Part shown: positions 18,634 to 29,026 of the stretch, in pieces
How the letters are laid out: the number at the start of each line of letters is the position of its first letter
How positions within the stretch are numbered: position 1 is the first letter of the stretch
Assembly (NCBI GenBank): GCA_012515515.1
Contig: JAAYYE010000009.1
Span: forward strand, 35,818-99,817
From: Minisyncoccota bacterium
GTDB lineage: Bacteria; Patescibacteriota; Microgenomatia; UBA1400; PJMF01
DNA: 64,000 nt
Direction: 5' to 3'
Program-made: the position numbers and the translations under genes
Notes under the pieces: generated by a model
Seen by the model: only the letters and a program-made list of their open reading frames with translations
What the model was told of the DNA's origin: nothing
Databases searched by the model: none

Positions 18634-19281
18634 TTACCATTTAGAAATCATCGCTTTTGGTGTTTTAGCCAGAATAATTAAATCTTCTCGAATTGAGCGA
18701 TTCTTGGCGTAATTTGAGTCGATTAAGGCTCTTTTTTTGAATGGTATTTCATTGCGTCCGCTGGTTTGCCAGGGCCCAGTGATTCCTGGTTTCACCGAGA
18801 GAATATCTTTAATATATTTTTTGGTTTCTGGATATTTAACTGTCTGTTCTTGCAACTCCTTTTTGACGTAGGCTCGTGGACCAACAATACTCATTTCTCC
18901 GCGAAAAACATTAAAAATCTGGGGGAATTCATCAATGGTAAAGGCGCGCAAAAATCGGCCCAAGCGAGTAATTCGTGGATCGTCTTTAGCAGCAATTTTC
19001 CAATCATTCTTTTTAAACTTATCTAAGAGCTCATGATTTTTACTGTGTAAAATTTCGTCAGCATTTTGTACCATGCTGCGAAACTTATATAAATCAAATT
19101 CTTTGCCGCCCTTGCCCACGCGTCGATGTGAAAAAAATATGGGGAAGCCCGAATCTAACACAATTAAAATGGGCACCACTAGCCAGAACGGCAAAAAGAC
19201 AATGCTTAAAACTACGGCAACGGTTAAATCTAGTATGCGTTTTTTAGATTCGTATGTCATAATTTTTTTAGCAATTAACAA
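18634..19281 (-). CDS. Polyprenyl-phosphate sugar-1-phosphate transferase (bacterial sugar transferase, small PglC/WbaP-C-terminal type)
   Basis: 215 aa. Single N-terminal TM, then the conserved sugar-transferase core (MSIVGPRAY..., PGITGPWQTSGRNE). Confidence 0.85.
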   Translation of the reverse strand: MLIAKKIMTYESKKRILDLTVAVVLSIVFLPFWLVVPILIVLDSGFPIFFSHRRVGKGGKEFDLYKFRSMVQNADEILHSKNHELLDKFKKNDWKIAAKDDPRITRLGRFLRAFTIDEFPQIFNVFRGEMSIVGPRAYVKKELQEQTVKYPETKKYIKDILSVKPGITGPWQTSGRNEIPFKKRALIDSNYAKNRSIREDLIILAKTPKAMISKW

Positions 19282-19293
19282 TATTGATAAATT

Positions 19294-20397
19294 TTATAAA
19301 AATTGTTTTTTGCCTTCTTCTTTTAATTGATTTACCAATTTTTTTACTTCTTGAGCCTTATCTTTAGGACAGATTAATAAAATTTCTTTAGTATCAACGA
19401 TGATAAAGTCTTTTAAGCCATAAAGAGCAATTAGGCGTTGGTTGCCATGAATGAGATTGCCATAGGATTTTTGGGTGACGGTTTGAACTGCACCCTCTTC
19501 TCCGAGAATGACGTTGCCAGCAGCATTTTTTGCACCCAATTGATAGACCACTCGCCAATCACCAACATCGTTCCAACCAAAATCACCTGGAATTAAAACC
19601 AGATTGTCGGCTTTTTCACTAATGGCATAATCAATGGAAATGGCCTCGGCATCTTGATAAACTTCTTTAATTGCCTGGTGAAACTCTTTAGTATTAAGTT
19701 TTTCTAAATGTTTGGTTTGTTTGGCTAATTGCGGCATGTGTTTGATAAAACTTTTTTGAATGGCTTTAGCTGACCAAACATACATATTGGCATTCCAAAA
19801 ATATCTGCCAGTAGAAATAAAGGCCGCTGCCGTAGCTAAATTTGGTTTTTCAGTAAAACTATCAACTTTAAACAGGCTTAGATCTCGATCTAATTTTTTG
19901 ATTTCTTTACCAGCCTTAATATAACCAAAAGCACTAGTTGGATGAGTTGGCGTAATACCCACAGTCACTAAATATTGATGTTTTTCAGCAACGCTAATTG
20001 CCTTATTCATGACTCGATCAAATTCTGCCAGATTTTCCACAATGTGATCTGAAGCGGCATTGATGATCACAGCGTTTTTATCTTTGCTTTTGGCATAAAG
20101 AGCACCCACTAACATCGCCAGGGCAGTATCTCTTTTACTTGGTTCAGCAATAATATTTTCTTTTAAAACTTTAGGCAACTGTTTAGCAATTTCCTTAACG
20201 TATTTATGATTGGTGACGACAATAATATTCGACCAGTCAACCAGGTCGTGAATGCGATCAGCAGCAATTTGCATCATGCTTCTGCTGCCAGTTAGTTTTA
20301 AAAACTGTTTGGGAAAATTGTCTCGTGATTTTGGCCAGAGTCTCGTTCCGCCACCTCCAGCTAACAAGACAGCGTAAAGATGTTTATTATTGTTCAT
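19294..20397 (-). CDS. manC: Mannose-1-phosphate guanylyltransferase (NTP-transferase family)
   Basis: 367 aa. N-terminal LLAGGGGTRLWP nucleotide-binding signature and ManC-like length, with no C-terminal PMI domain. Confidence 0.75.
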   Translation of the reverse strand: MNNNKHLYAVLLAGGGGTRLWPKSRDNFPKQFLKLTGSRSMMQIAADRIHDLVDWSNIIVVTNHKYVKEIAKQLPKVLKENIIAEPSKRDTALAMLVGALYAKSKDKNAVIINAASDHIVENLAEFDRVMNKAISVAEKHQYLVTVGITPTHPTSAFGYIKAGKEIKKLDRDLSLFKVDSFTEKPNLATAAAFISTGRYFWNANMYVWSAKAIQKSFIKHMPQLAKQTKHLEKLNTKEFHQAIKEVYQDAEAISIDYAISEKADNLVLIPGDFGWNDVGDWRVVYQLGAKNAAGNVILGEEGAVQTVTQKSYGNLIHGNQRLIALYGLKDFIIVDTKEILLICPKDKAQEVKKLVNQLKEEGKKQFL

Positions 20398-21667
20398 TAA
20401 ATTTCCTTTTATATGCAGTTTCTAATTGTCGATTAAATCTTCGTAAAAAATGGCTCGTATCATATTTTATAGCGTTTTTAGGTAAAATTTCCAGGTCAAA
20501 ATTTGTTTTTTCCAAAAGTTCGATTTTATTACAGAGTTCAGTGAGATATTGTTCAGAGTCTTCTTCCTTCATAATTTCTGGATAATTCAAGAAAAGCGCG
20601 TGTTGTCCATCAACTAATAATTCGCTAGCACCAGAATGTTGATGGATAATCACTGGTAAGCCATGGAGGTTGGCCTCAAGTGCCACAATGCCAAAATCAT
20701 CTATGCCAGGCATTAATAAGGCTTGAGCGTGACCGTAAAGCTGACTTAATTGTTGGTCACTCACTTCTTTGAGAAAGAGAATTTGCTTAAAATTGGCAGT
20801 TTTTGGATATTTGGCTAATAAAAGTTTTTGACTAAGTTTTTTTAACTGGCGAAAATCAGAACCATCGCCAACAATAATCAGTTGTTTATCAAGTTTAACA
20901 CAGGCCCTAATGGCCAAATCAATGTTTTTATAAGGTACTAAGCGGGAGACTAATAAATAATAAGGATTGACTTGATAATTGTTTTTATCAGCCTTGCTAA
21001 TTAGTTTTTGAAACTTGTCCAAATCAACTGGTGGATAAATAACTGGATAATGATCTAAATGATAATATTGATGAATTCTTCTAGAAACACTTTGGGAAAT
21101 GGGGACGATGACATCTGGTCTCATGATGGCTAGATGATCCCATTTTTTCAAATAATTAAGTATTTTTTTTGAAAAATAGTTAATAATTGGCAACTTTAAA
21201 ATTTTGTCTTTTTTCCAATAATTTTCTTGATAGTGATAAAGGTAGCGTGGCGGAGTCAATAAATAAGAAAAATGCAGTTGATCATTTCGAGTAATGACGC
21301 CCTTAGCTTCGGCACTAGTCACTGAAATAACAATCTGATAATCACGCAAATTTAAGGACTCAAAAGCCAGTGGCATCAACATCACAAAATAGCGATGAAA
21401 ATATTTAGCCAAGGGCACTTTTTGCAAAAAACTGGTATAGACTCGGAAATTTTTTGCCCAAGGAGCTTTTTTAGGACGATAAACAGAAGTAAATAAGTCG
21501 GCTTGTGGATAGAGTTGCTGCAGAGCGAGTAAGACCTTTTCCGCTCCACCATAATGGGTGTTAACTCGATCATAAACAATAGCAATTTTTTTATTAGGCA
21601 ACATAATTAAGTGTTTTTTAAGGCAGTCACATAAACCCGATAAGTGAGATCTGCCATATCTTGCCAA
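20387..21667 (-). CDS. Glycosyltransferase, GT4 family (GT-B)
   Basis: 426 aa. C-terminal GT-B retaining-type region (LLMPGIDDFGIVALEANLHGLPVI). The start is probably an internal Met, given a 61-nt overlap with the upstream gene. Confidence 0.7.
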   Translation of the reverse strand: MARYGRSHLSGLCDCLKKHLIMLPNKKIAIVYDRVNTHYGGAEKVLLALQQLYPQADLFTSVYRPKKAPWAKNFRVYTSFLQKVPLAKYFHRYFVMLMPLAFESLNLRDYQIVISVTSAEAKGVITRNDQLHFSYLLTPPRYLYHYQENYWKKDKILKLPIINYFSKKILNYLKKWDHLAIMRPDVIVPISQSVSRRIHQYYHLDHYPVIYPPVDLDKFQKLISKADKNNYQVNPYYLLVSRLVPYKNIDLAIRACVKLDKQLIIVGDGSDFRQLKKLSQKLLLAKYPKTANFKQILFLKEVSDQQLSQLYGHAQALLMPGIDDFGIVALEANLHGLPVIIHQHSGASELLVDGQHALFLNYPEIMKEEDSEQYLTELCNKIELLEKTNFDLEILPKNAIKYDTSHFLRRFNRQLETAYKRKFNEQ

Positions 21668-22818
21668 CGATATTTTTTAGCAAAATTTTGCGCATTTTTA
21701 ATTAGTTGTTTTCGTTTGGCAAGTTCTAACTTGTTAATCGCTTGTAAAAAACTCGTCACATCTTTTGGATCAAAATAAAAAGCATGATCTTGATAAATTT
21801 CTCGAAAAACCGGAATGTCGCTGGCTAAAACTAGGGTGCCAGCAGCCATCGCTTCAATGCCGGTTAAACCAAAACCCTCTGATAAAGATGGTTGAACCAG
21901 GGCTAAAGATTCTTGATAAATTTTAATTAATCGATCATCGGGCACGTAGCCTAAAAATTTAACTTGATTCTTAACTTTATAACGGGCAACCAGTTTTCTA
22001 GCTTGAGTTTGAAAAACATTACGCGAACCAACCAACAATAATTGATATTTGGGTAATTTTTTCAAGGCTTTAAAAACTAAAAGCAGATTTTTGTGCGGAT
22101 AGAGTGAGCCCGTATAAACCAACTGCTTTTTAATTCTTTTTTTAGCTAAGTTTTGCTCAGACAGCATGGCCAAATTGTTTTGGTAAGCATCAGCAATGCC
22201 CTCTCTAGTGACCACAATTTTGTCTTGACATTGCTTATAGTAGTTGAGCACTGTTTGTTTAATATGGTGAGTGGGCACCAAGATAAATTTAGCTTGCTGA
22301 ATGGCTTGTTTAACCACAATTAAGTAGGCGAAATGTTTAATATAATACAGTGGCGGGTTGAGAGTGGTGACATTCATCCCTCTTTGCTCATGCCAGAGTA
22401 GATCATGAATGGTAATAATTAAATTGTGTCGATAAAAAACAGGAATATTAAAATGTGGGACATGCAGCAAATCGAGCTTTGCTTGTCGATAAATTTTTGG
22501 CAAACAGACTTGTTCTTTAAGGCTGTAATGACGAATATCAACTAGTTTAATGCTCAGGTGATAGTGATTGGGCTCTTGGTAACAATCTGAGCCCAAAACG
22601 GCTTTGGCTTGATTGAGATTTCTAAAAAACAGAACCAGTTCAAAGAACTTTTTTTCTTGATTGATTTTAATTAATTCTCTAACTAAGTTTTCACAATAGC
22701 GACCAATGCCAGCGTTATCTTTGCCAGCTAGGCGGCAGTCAATGCCCAAACGATAAGTTTTGCGCGTCTTTGTCATATTAGTTGCCATCCTGTTTAAAGA
22801 AGATATATGAACGTACAA
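21607..22818 (-). CDS. Glycosyltransferase, GT4 family
   Basis: 403 aa. EGFGLTGIEAMAAGTLVL (E-X7-E-type motif). Confidence 0.8.
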   Translation of the reverse strand: MYVHISSLNRMATNMTKTRKTYRLGIDCRLAGKDNAGIGRYCENLVRELIKINQEKKFFELVLFFRNLNQAKAVLGSDCYQEPNHYHLSIKLVDIRHYSLKEQVCLPKIYRQAKLDLLHVPHFNIPVFYRHNLIITIHDLLWHEQRGMNVTTLNPPLYYIKHFAYLIVVKQAIQQAKFILVPTHHIKQTVLNYYKQCQDKIVVTREGIADAYQNNLAMLSEQNLAKKRIKKQLVYTGSLYPHKNLLLVFKALKKLPKYQLLLVGSRNVFQTQARKLVARYKVKNQVKFLGYVPDDRLIKIYQESLALVQPSLSEGFGLTGIEAMAAGTLVLASDIPVFREIYQDHAFYFDPKDVTSFLQAINKLELAKRKQLIKNAQNFAKKYRWQDMADLTYRVYVTALKNT

Positions 22819-23656
22819 TACGTCTTAAAAACTTTGGATATTTGCCAGCATAATACTTATCGTAATAAGTCAACATGGCATCATAAAAAAAGCGGTTAGT
22901 CTTCTGCGCTGTTTTTTTATTAATACTCTTAATGCCCGACTTATATTTATGATGAACAATACACACCTGGGGATGAAAACAGACTTGATAATTAGCATCA
23001 CGAAAACGGCGACACCAATCCAGATCTTCACCATACATAAAAAAATCTTCATCTAATAGGCCAACTTTTTTTATGGCACTGCTGCGCACCATCATCGCGG
23101 CACCCGACACAGCATCTACCTGATGAATAGTATTAAGATCCAAGTGTCCAAGGTGATATTGAGCAAAAAATTGATGATGGGGGAATAATTTTTCTAAACC
23201 AATAAAATAAGAAAAAGCGGCCCAAGGATGAGGTTCGCCACGATGACTGGCAGGATCTAGCTGACCATTACTGAGTTCTAAACGGGGGCCCACAACAGCT
23301 ACTTGCCGATTGTCATCTAAATATTTAATAAGAATATCAAGATTGCTGGCATTTTCGATAAATTCAGTGTCACTGTTAATGAGCATCACATAACGAGCTT
23401 TATTTTGTCGTAGAGCAACATTGTTGCCAAAAGCAAAACCGCCATTTTTTCCAGATTCTAGCACCTTCACCCATTTGAAATTTTTCTGCAAAAAAGAGAC
23501 TGTTTCATCCTCACTATTATTATCGACCACCACCACTTCAACCTGATACTTGCTGTGTTTTAAATAATGCTTATCAATGGTGGGCAAAAGTTTTTTTAAC
23601 CAAAACAAGCCATTGTAGTTGAGGATAATAATGCTTAGATCTAATTTTTTTTCCAT
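22778..23656 (-). CDS. Glycosyltransferase, GT2 family (GT-A)
   Basis: 292 aa. IIILNYNG...VVDNNSED...DxD-type GT-A core. Confidence 0.8.
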   Translation of the reverse strand: MEKKLDLSIIILNYNGLFWLKKLLPTIDKHYLKHSKYQVEVVVVDNNSEDETVSFLQKNFKWVKVLESGKNGGFAFGNNVALRQNKARYVMLINSDTEFIENASNLDILIKYLDDNRQVAVVGPRLELSNGQLDPASHRGEPHPWAAFSYFIGLEKLFPHHQFFAQYHLGHLDLNTIHQVDAVSGAAMMVRSSAIKKVGLLDEDFFMYGEDLDWCRRFRDANYQVCFHPQVCIVHHKYKSGIKSINKKTAQKTNRFFYDAMLTYYDKYYAGKYPKFLRRIVRSYIFFKQDGN

Positions 23657-23669
23657 AAAATTTTGTTAA

Positions 23670-24869
23670 TTATTTCTTTATTTTACCGACTTTTTGGTAA
23701 ATAGCATCAAGTTTTCTTGATATGATTTGCCAATCATATCGATCTTGAACAAACTTTTTACCATTCTTGGATAATTTTTGCCATAATTTTTTATCAGTTA
23801 AAACTTTAATGGTTAATTCAGCCAGCTCATTAGCGTCATTACTAACCAACACATGTTTGCCATTTTCCACACCTAAACCCTCAACAGCAATTTTGCTTGC
23901 CACGACGGGTGTGGAAGACGCCATAGCTTCTAAAATTTTGTAGCGAGTGCCTTTACCACTAAAAACTGGAGCCAAGAGCAAATCGGCACTATTAAAGGCA
24001 TAACGGATATCTTCAACTTTGCCCAGCACTTCAATATTGGGATCTCTTAAACCATAATCTAGCACTTTTTGACTGGGGTCATTGCCGACAATTCTTAATT
24101 TACAGTGCTTCATGCGCTTTTTTACTAGAGGCCAAATTTTATTGACCAGGAAATCAACCGCTTCGCGATTAGGCAACCATTTAAAAGTACCTACAGACAA
24201 AATTGTTGGTGAAGCGGTTTTTTGTCGAGGCACCTGATCAAACCAGTGATTATCAACCCCGTTAGCGACCACCGCAATTTTGTCGTCTCTACCCAACTCC
24301 TTGGCAATAAATTTTTTATCTTCACCGCTCATGACAATTAATTGATCAGCTTCTTGCCAATAGTGTTTTTCCCAATCACGAATTTTATTCACATCAATAT
24401 TTAAAATTGGCCGTAAAAAGAAATTGGCTGTTTTGGCATAGTTTTCATACCCGAGATACTCGATAGTTTGTTCAACTAAAATACTAGGGATTTTTAATTC
24501 TGGTAAGTGAGACATCATGTAAAAGGTTTCTACGTGAATTAAGTCATAATTTTTCTTGCTCAATTCTTCCTGAATGGCCCCCGTCACGGTTAGTGCTTGA
24601 TTACGAATGACTAAAAATGGATAAGTGGAAAAAGCGGTTTTGACAATGTTACGTAAGGTAAAGGGTGTACGGCTGCGTTTAAAGACTCTCACCTCTTGGC
24701 AATATTTTTCTAATTCGCTAATGTGGGCCTTTTCACTTTCGTCCTTGATTAAGGCAAAGAGAGTGATTTGGTGTTTGCTAGCCAGCTTTTTTAAGAGATT
24801 GTAAGTGCGAATTTGCCCGCCTGACAAGAGAGGATAAGGCAAATATGGAGTAAGCATTAAAATTTTCAT
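23670..24869 (-). CDS. Glycosyltransferase, GT4 family
   Basis: 399 aa. GT-B fold with C-terminal TPVVASKIAVEGLGVENGKH. Confidence 0.8.
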   Translation of the reverse strand: MKILMLTPYLPYPLLSGGQIRTYNLLKKLASKHQITLFALIKDESEKAHISELEKYCQEVRVFKRSRTPFTLRNIVKTAFSTYPFLVIRNQALTVTGAIQEELSKKNYDLIHVETFYMMSHLPELKIPSILVEQTIEYLGYENYAKTANFFLRPILNIDVNKIRDWEKHYWQEADQLIVMSGEDKKFIAKELGRDDKIAVVANGVDNHWFDQVPRQKTASPTILSVGTFKWLPNREAVDFLVNKIWPLVKKRMKHCKLRIVGNDPSQKVLDYGLRDPNIEVLGKVEDIRYAFNSADLLLAPVFSGKGTRYKILEAMASSTPVVASKIAVEGLGVENGKHVLVSNDANELAELTIKVLTDKKLWQKLSKNGKKFVQDRYDWQIISRKLDAIYQKVGKIKK

Positions 24870-24873
24870 GGTA

Positions 24874-26361
24874 TCATTTTTTTTCTTGAGTCAAATCTAA
24901 AATTAAATAACGCTCGCCGGTTTCCAGAACTTCATATTTATCTGCCAGGGCGCGTCGTTCACTATCATCATTAATACTTACATAGATTGTAGCACCTCTG
25001 GCAATTTTATCCTCAATATGATGGCCGATGGGCCAGCCACGACGATTAGTTTGAAACAAAAAGGCGGTGTCACCCATCGCTGGAGCGATGACTAGGGCAT
25101 TTTTATCAGTTAAACGATCAACAGCTTCGCCCGCTTCAACATATTCCCAGGTATTAACATTAAAATAGGGAAGAATTTGTTGGGCCGATAATAATATACT
25201 ACTGGAAATAATCAGTAAAATAAGGAGAGTGCTAAGACCCTTGTTAAAAATTTTTCCTTGAAGTATCAAGCTTCCTCGGGCCATACTGATGGCAAGGATG
25301 GGAATTAACAAGTTTTGATAATAATCATGTTGAATATTACCACTAGCTATAACAACAAAATAAGCGATGATGCCCAACCACCAAGCGGCATAAATTATTC
25401 GACTACGATCGCTTTTAAACAGATTGGCAACCAGCAAAATAATGCCAGTGTACCCAAGCAGGAGCTTAGTAATTCGCTCATAGAAGAGCCAGCGCCACCA
25501 AGCTGGTCGTAAACGAATATTATTTTGATTAAATAACCAAGTTGATGCAGGAATGCCCTCGGGAAAATTAGTGATCCACTGTCGCCACAGCAACAATGGT
25601 AGAAAAGCCAAAATCGGCAAAAGATAAATGGGGATTTTTTTGAAAAGCCCCTTGCCCAAATAATGCCAGGCGATGGCTAAATAGACTGGAGCTAAAAACA
25701 CCACAAAAGGTTTAAGCAAGCTGGCTAGGGTCAGAGCCAAGAGCGCCAATAAATAATGAAGCACTCTCCCCTTTTTTAAATTATTGCTGGTCAAACTTAA
25801 TTTTTGACAATATTCGGCCCATTGCCACAGGGAGAGTAAGGAAAAAGCTAGCATAAAGGGTTCAGGCAAAATAGCTCGACCATAATAGACGGCATAAGGC
25901 AGAATGGCATAGATCAAAGCGCTCAATAAGGCTAGTTTGCGATTATCGATCAGTTCAATCAGCCGATAGAGACAGTAAATAGCAACAAGTGAAGCAAGAA
26001 CAGAAAAAAGCCGACTGACTATGACCAAGTCAAAGTTAAAACCCAGGCTTTGACTAAAACGCAAAAATTGAGCAATGAGGACATTAATAAAAGGCAACTC
26101 CACCATCCGATAGCCCTCAGGATTCTCTAAACCCGATTGAATATTGGATAGGTCTTGATATTGAGGATGAAGGAGATCTAGCTGATCATTTTTTAAGTAT
26201 TCTCTAGTGACAGAAGCCGTATCGGCTTGGCGAAAACTATGCCAATCAAGGAGCGGATAATGCAATCGATAAAGACGCAAGATGAAAGCAAGTAATAAAA
26301 TAGCCGCAATTGGCCAATTATTTTTTACTTTTAGCTTTAATTTTTTTAGCTTGTGGTTCAT
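24874..26361 (-). CDS. GT-C-type membrane glycosyltransferase (GT39/GT83 ArnT/PMT-like)
   Basis: 495 aa, ~11 TM. First-loop motif region (WHSFRQADTASVTREYL) at the position of the GT-C DE/DD motif. Architecture matches polyprenyl-phosphate-sugar-dependent transferases. Confidence 0.55.
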   Translation of the reverse strand: MNHKLKKLKLKVKNNWPIAAILLLAFILRLYRLHYPLLDWHSFRQADTASVTREYLKNDQLDLLHPQYQDLSNIQSGLENPEGYRMVELPFINVLIAQFLRFSQSLGFNFDLVIVSRLFSVLASLVAIYCLYRLIELIDNRKLALLSALIYAILPYAVYYGRAILPEPFMLAFSLLSLWQWAEYCQKLSLTSNNLKKGRVLHYLLALLALTLASLLKPFVVFLAPVYLAIAWHYLGKGLFKKIPIYLLPILAFLPLLLWRQWITNFPEGIPASTWLFNQNNIRLRPAWWRWLFYERITKLLLGYTGIILLVANLFKSDRSRIIYAAWWLGIIAYFVVIASGNIQHDYYQNLLIPILAISMARGSLILQGKIFNKGLSTLLILLIISSSILLSAQQILPYFNVNTWEYVEAGEAVDRLTDKNALVIAPAMGDTAFLFQTNRRGWPIGHHIEDKIARGATIYVSINDDSERRALADKYEVLETGERYLILDLTQEKK

Positions 26362-27988
26362 GAGCTTGTTGATAATTAATAGCTAAAATGGCTCCAGCCA
26401 GTGCCCAGTAAGTAAAGGCCACCTTGGAGGAAGCAAAAACGTCAATATATAAAGCGTTGGCTAGTAAGCCAATGCTGGCCGCAAAAAAAGCTAAATTTAA
26501 ACTTTTCAACCAGGGACTAGCGTGTTTATTACTTTTCAAAAGATAAAAAATCAGCACAAAGATGCCGTAAAAAGTGATAAAACCGAGGAGCCCAGTTTCA
26601 CCAAGGGTGCGCAAAAAATTATTATCCGTACTCTCAGCTTCTGTAAAATGGTAAAAATCTTTCTTATTGAGTGTGGCATAAGCACTGCCGAACAAAGGAT
26701 TAGTTTGAAAACCGCGGATGGCATTGGGCCAGAGTTCATCCAAACGAATCGCTAGTGATAAACCATATTTCATGGCATTCTCCGACCAAGTTCGTTCTTT
26801 TTCGACTATCACATCATTGCCGTCTGAATCTGTTTCTACCACCTCTATTGGCACATCGACATAGACATCGACGGGACGAGTAGCGATTGGCCGCTCATCA
26901 GTTTCGGTCAAAATATTTTCATCAACTCCAATGCCATTATCAGGCGGATGACCGCGCAACTTAACCCAGGTAGCAATTACTTTATATTCTTCTCCCAGAT
27001 ATTTGAGTTGTTGTTGACCAAATTTATAACCTTCTTGATAAGTCTCATAAACTTTGGGATAAGCACGCAAAACTTGTACAAAACGATCGTGCATGTCGCC
27101 ACCAAAAAAAACAATCATTAAAAATAATAATAAAGAAAAAGTCACTCCTCGATGAAAAATTTGCCAAAATCGTTTTAATAGCTTTTTTTCTTGCCAGGCC
27201 ACCAGCACGATGCTCAAGAAAATAGCCAGACCGTAAGCAGCAAAAGAGGTGCGAGAAGCTGAGGTGACCAATAACCACAAACCAAGAATATGCAAAATTT
27301 TAAAGAAAATTTTCTCCCCTCGTTTTTGACTAGTAAAACCTAAAACATAAAAAATGGGCAAAACTAAAACTAAAAAGGCAGCTAGATCGTAGTGACCAGC
27401 AAAAGTTGATTGAACACGAGCATGTTCAGTTAAATATAAGACCATTCCCTTGCTAAATTCGCGATTCATGGTGGAAAAAACCGGCCAATAAAAATATTTT
27501 TGGCCATAGCCATAAATACAAACCAATAAGAGGGTGATAGCTAAAGTGTAAATGACAATTTTTAAGTCTTTTTCAGTTTTAACACTGGCGTAAAGAATAA
27601 AAAGTAAAGAAAAATACTCGATATATCGCAATAAATGTAAAAATGATTTGGCAAAATGCAAAGTTTCTAAAGGAATAGTGCGAATAATGAACATGCCAGA
27701 AATAATGGATAAAAAAGCCACAGCTACATAGGCAAACACCCATTTAGATAGAGGATTGTTTAGAGTTAGCTTTTTTCTATAAACCTGAATCAGATAAAAT
27801 AAAGTCACCAGGCCAACACAAATATCCTCTAGTCTCAGTCGAACAATATAACCAGGAATCAGATCAAGCAAGGGCAGCTTGGGATAAAGAGGAATAAAAA
27901 TTAAAAGAAATAGCGAAGCAAAAAACAACAGGCGTTGATCAATAAAAGTGAGTAGTTTTTGAGTAAAAGACTGTTTCTTGGTCATCAT
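26318..27988 (-). CDS. O-antigen ligase/polymerase-like polytopic membrane protein (Wzy_C-like)
   Basis: 556 aa, ~12 TM, with a large extracytoplasmic loop (~aa 300-420). No catalytic motif is assignable by eye. Confidence 0.45.
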   Translation of the reverse strand: MMTKKQSFTQKLLTFIDQRLLFFASLFLLIFIPLYPKLPLLDLIPGYIVRLRLEDICVGLVTLFYLIQVYRKKLTLNNPLSKWVFAYVAVAFLSIISGMFIIRTIPLETLHFAKSFLHLLRYIEYFSLLFILYASVKTEKDLKIVIYTLAITLLLVCIYGYGQKYFYWPVFSTMNREFSKGMVLYLTEHARVQSTFAGHYDLAAFLVLVLPIFYVLGFTSQKRGEKIFFKILHILGLWLLVTSASRTSFAAYGLAIFLSIVLVAWQEKKLLKRFWQIFHRGVTFSLLLFLMIVFFGGDMHDRFVQVLRAYPKVYETYQEGYKFGQQQLKYLGEEYKVIATWVKLRGHPPDNGIGVDENILTETDERPIATRPVDVYVDVPIEVVETDSDGNDVIVEKERTWSENAMKYGLSLAIRLDELWPNAIRGFQTNPLFGSAYATLNKKDFYHFTEAESTDNNFLRTLGETGLLGFITFYGIFVLIFYLLKSNKHASPWLKSLNLAFFAASIGLLANALYIDVFASSKVAFTYWALAGAILAINYQQAHEPQAKKIKAKSKK

Positions 27989-28000
27989 TAATCTAAATAA

Positions 28001-29023
28001 TTATTTAATAATTTTTAAAGCTTCAAGATAAATTGTCGCCTGTCTACGATTGCCAGTCAAGCGATAAAAAAGGACACGAATCCCCGCTCCTGCTCGCAAA
28101 ATCCAGCGCAAAATCCTTAATTGATAAGCTGGAAAATGCTTTTTCCAGATATATAAATAGCTCTGAAATTCGCCCAAAATGGCACTTTTACTAGAAGAGC
28201 TGGCACTGCCCCAGTGCATTACTTCAGCTTGAGGGTGAACAGCAATATCGAAATGATGATGTTTAGCTCGCAAACAAAACTCTTGGTCTTCTCCGTACAT
28301 AAAAATATTGGGATCTAAATAACCAATGCGAGTAATTAGGTCTTTTCTAATCATCATAGCAGTGCCAGCTACCCAAGCTTTAGGAATCAGCTGGTGTTGT
28401 TGGTTCTGCTTGAGTTGCAGTTTTTCTCGGCTTAAATGCCGACTACGACCCGTCTGCTGGGTCGAAGGTAAGTGCTTGCCAATTAGCGGTAGATCATCAA
28501 GAAAAAACATTTGATTGAAAACTGCCAAAAGTGACAAGCTCGATCCGCCTTGTGGTTGCAAACTGCCATCAGGATTGAGCAAAGTCGGGCTTAAAATACC
28601 CAGATAATCGATGATTTTGTCGCTGTCTTGCGTGGCAGCAGTGACTAATTCGTCTGGTACATCAATAAAAGTTTTAACTAGGGTTTCGCAAGCTCCTTTT
28701 TTAACAACGGTGTCAGAGTTGAGCAATAATAAATATTGACCACTGGCTTTTTTGAGGGCTTGGTTGTTGGCTCGAGCAAAACCAAGGTTTTTTTGATTAA
28801 CAATTAATTGGTAATCGGCAAATTTTACCTTGCTAAAAAACTTCTTTATGGCCGACACGCTGTCGTCTTGACTATGGTTATCGACTACAAAAATTTCAGT
28901 ATCATTTTTTAATAAATCGCTAGTTCTAATATCGGCAATCAGACTTTCTAAACTTTTTATAGTTAAGTCTTGAGTGTTATAAGAAACAATAATGACCGAC
29001 AAAAGTTTTGACATAATTTTCAA
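28001..29023 (-). CDS. Glycosyltransferase, GT2 family
   Basis: 340 aa. LSVIIVSYNTQD...VVDNHSQDDS...GT-A core. Confidence 0.8.
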   Translation of the reverse strand: MKIMSKLLSVIIVSYNTQDLTIKSLESLIADIRTSDLLKNDTEIFVVDNHSQDDSVSAIKKFFSKVKFADYQLIVNQKNLGFARANNQALKKASGQYLLLLNSDTVVKKGACETLVKTFIDVPDELVTAATQDSDKIIDYLGILSPTLLNPDGSLQPQGGSSLSLLAVFNQMFFLDDLPLIGKHLPSTQQTGRSRHLSREKLQLKQNQQHQLIPKAWVAGTAMMIRKDLITRIGYLDPNIFMYGEDQEFCLRAKHHHFDIAVHPQAEVMHWGSASSSSKSAILGEFQSYLYIWKKHFPAYQLRILRWILRAGAGIRVLFYRLTGNRRQATIYLEALKIIK

Positions 29024-29026
29024 TGA

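Noticed and set aside
21607-21667. Long gene overlaps (61 nt at 21607-21667, 41 nt at 22778-22818, 44 nt at 26318-26361, 101 nt at 34111-34211, 37 nt at 31316-31352) as programmed overlaps or frameshifts
   Set aside because: In each case the upstream ORF has an in-frame internal Met giving a canonical N-terminus, for example RuvA MIAYLKG and GT4 MKVGLD. This reduces the overlap to 0-26 nt, so the likely cause is longest-ORF start over-extension in the track.
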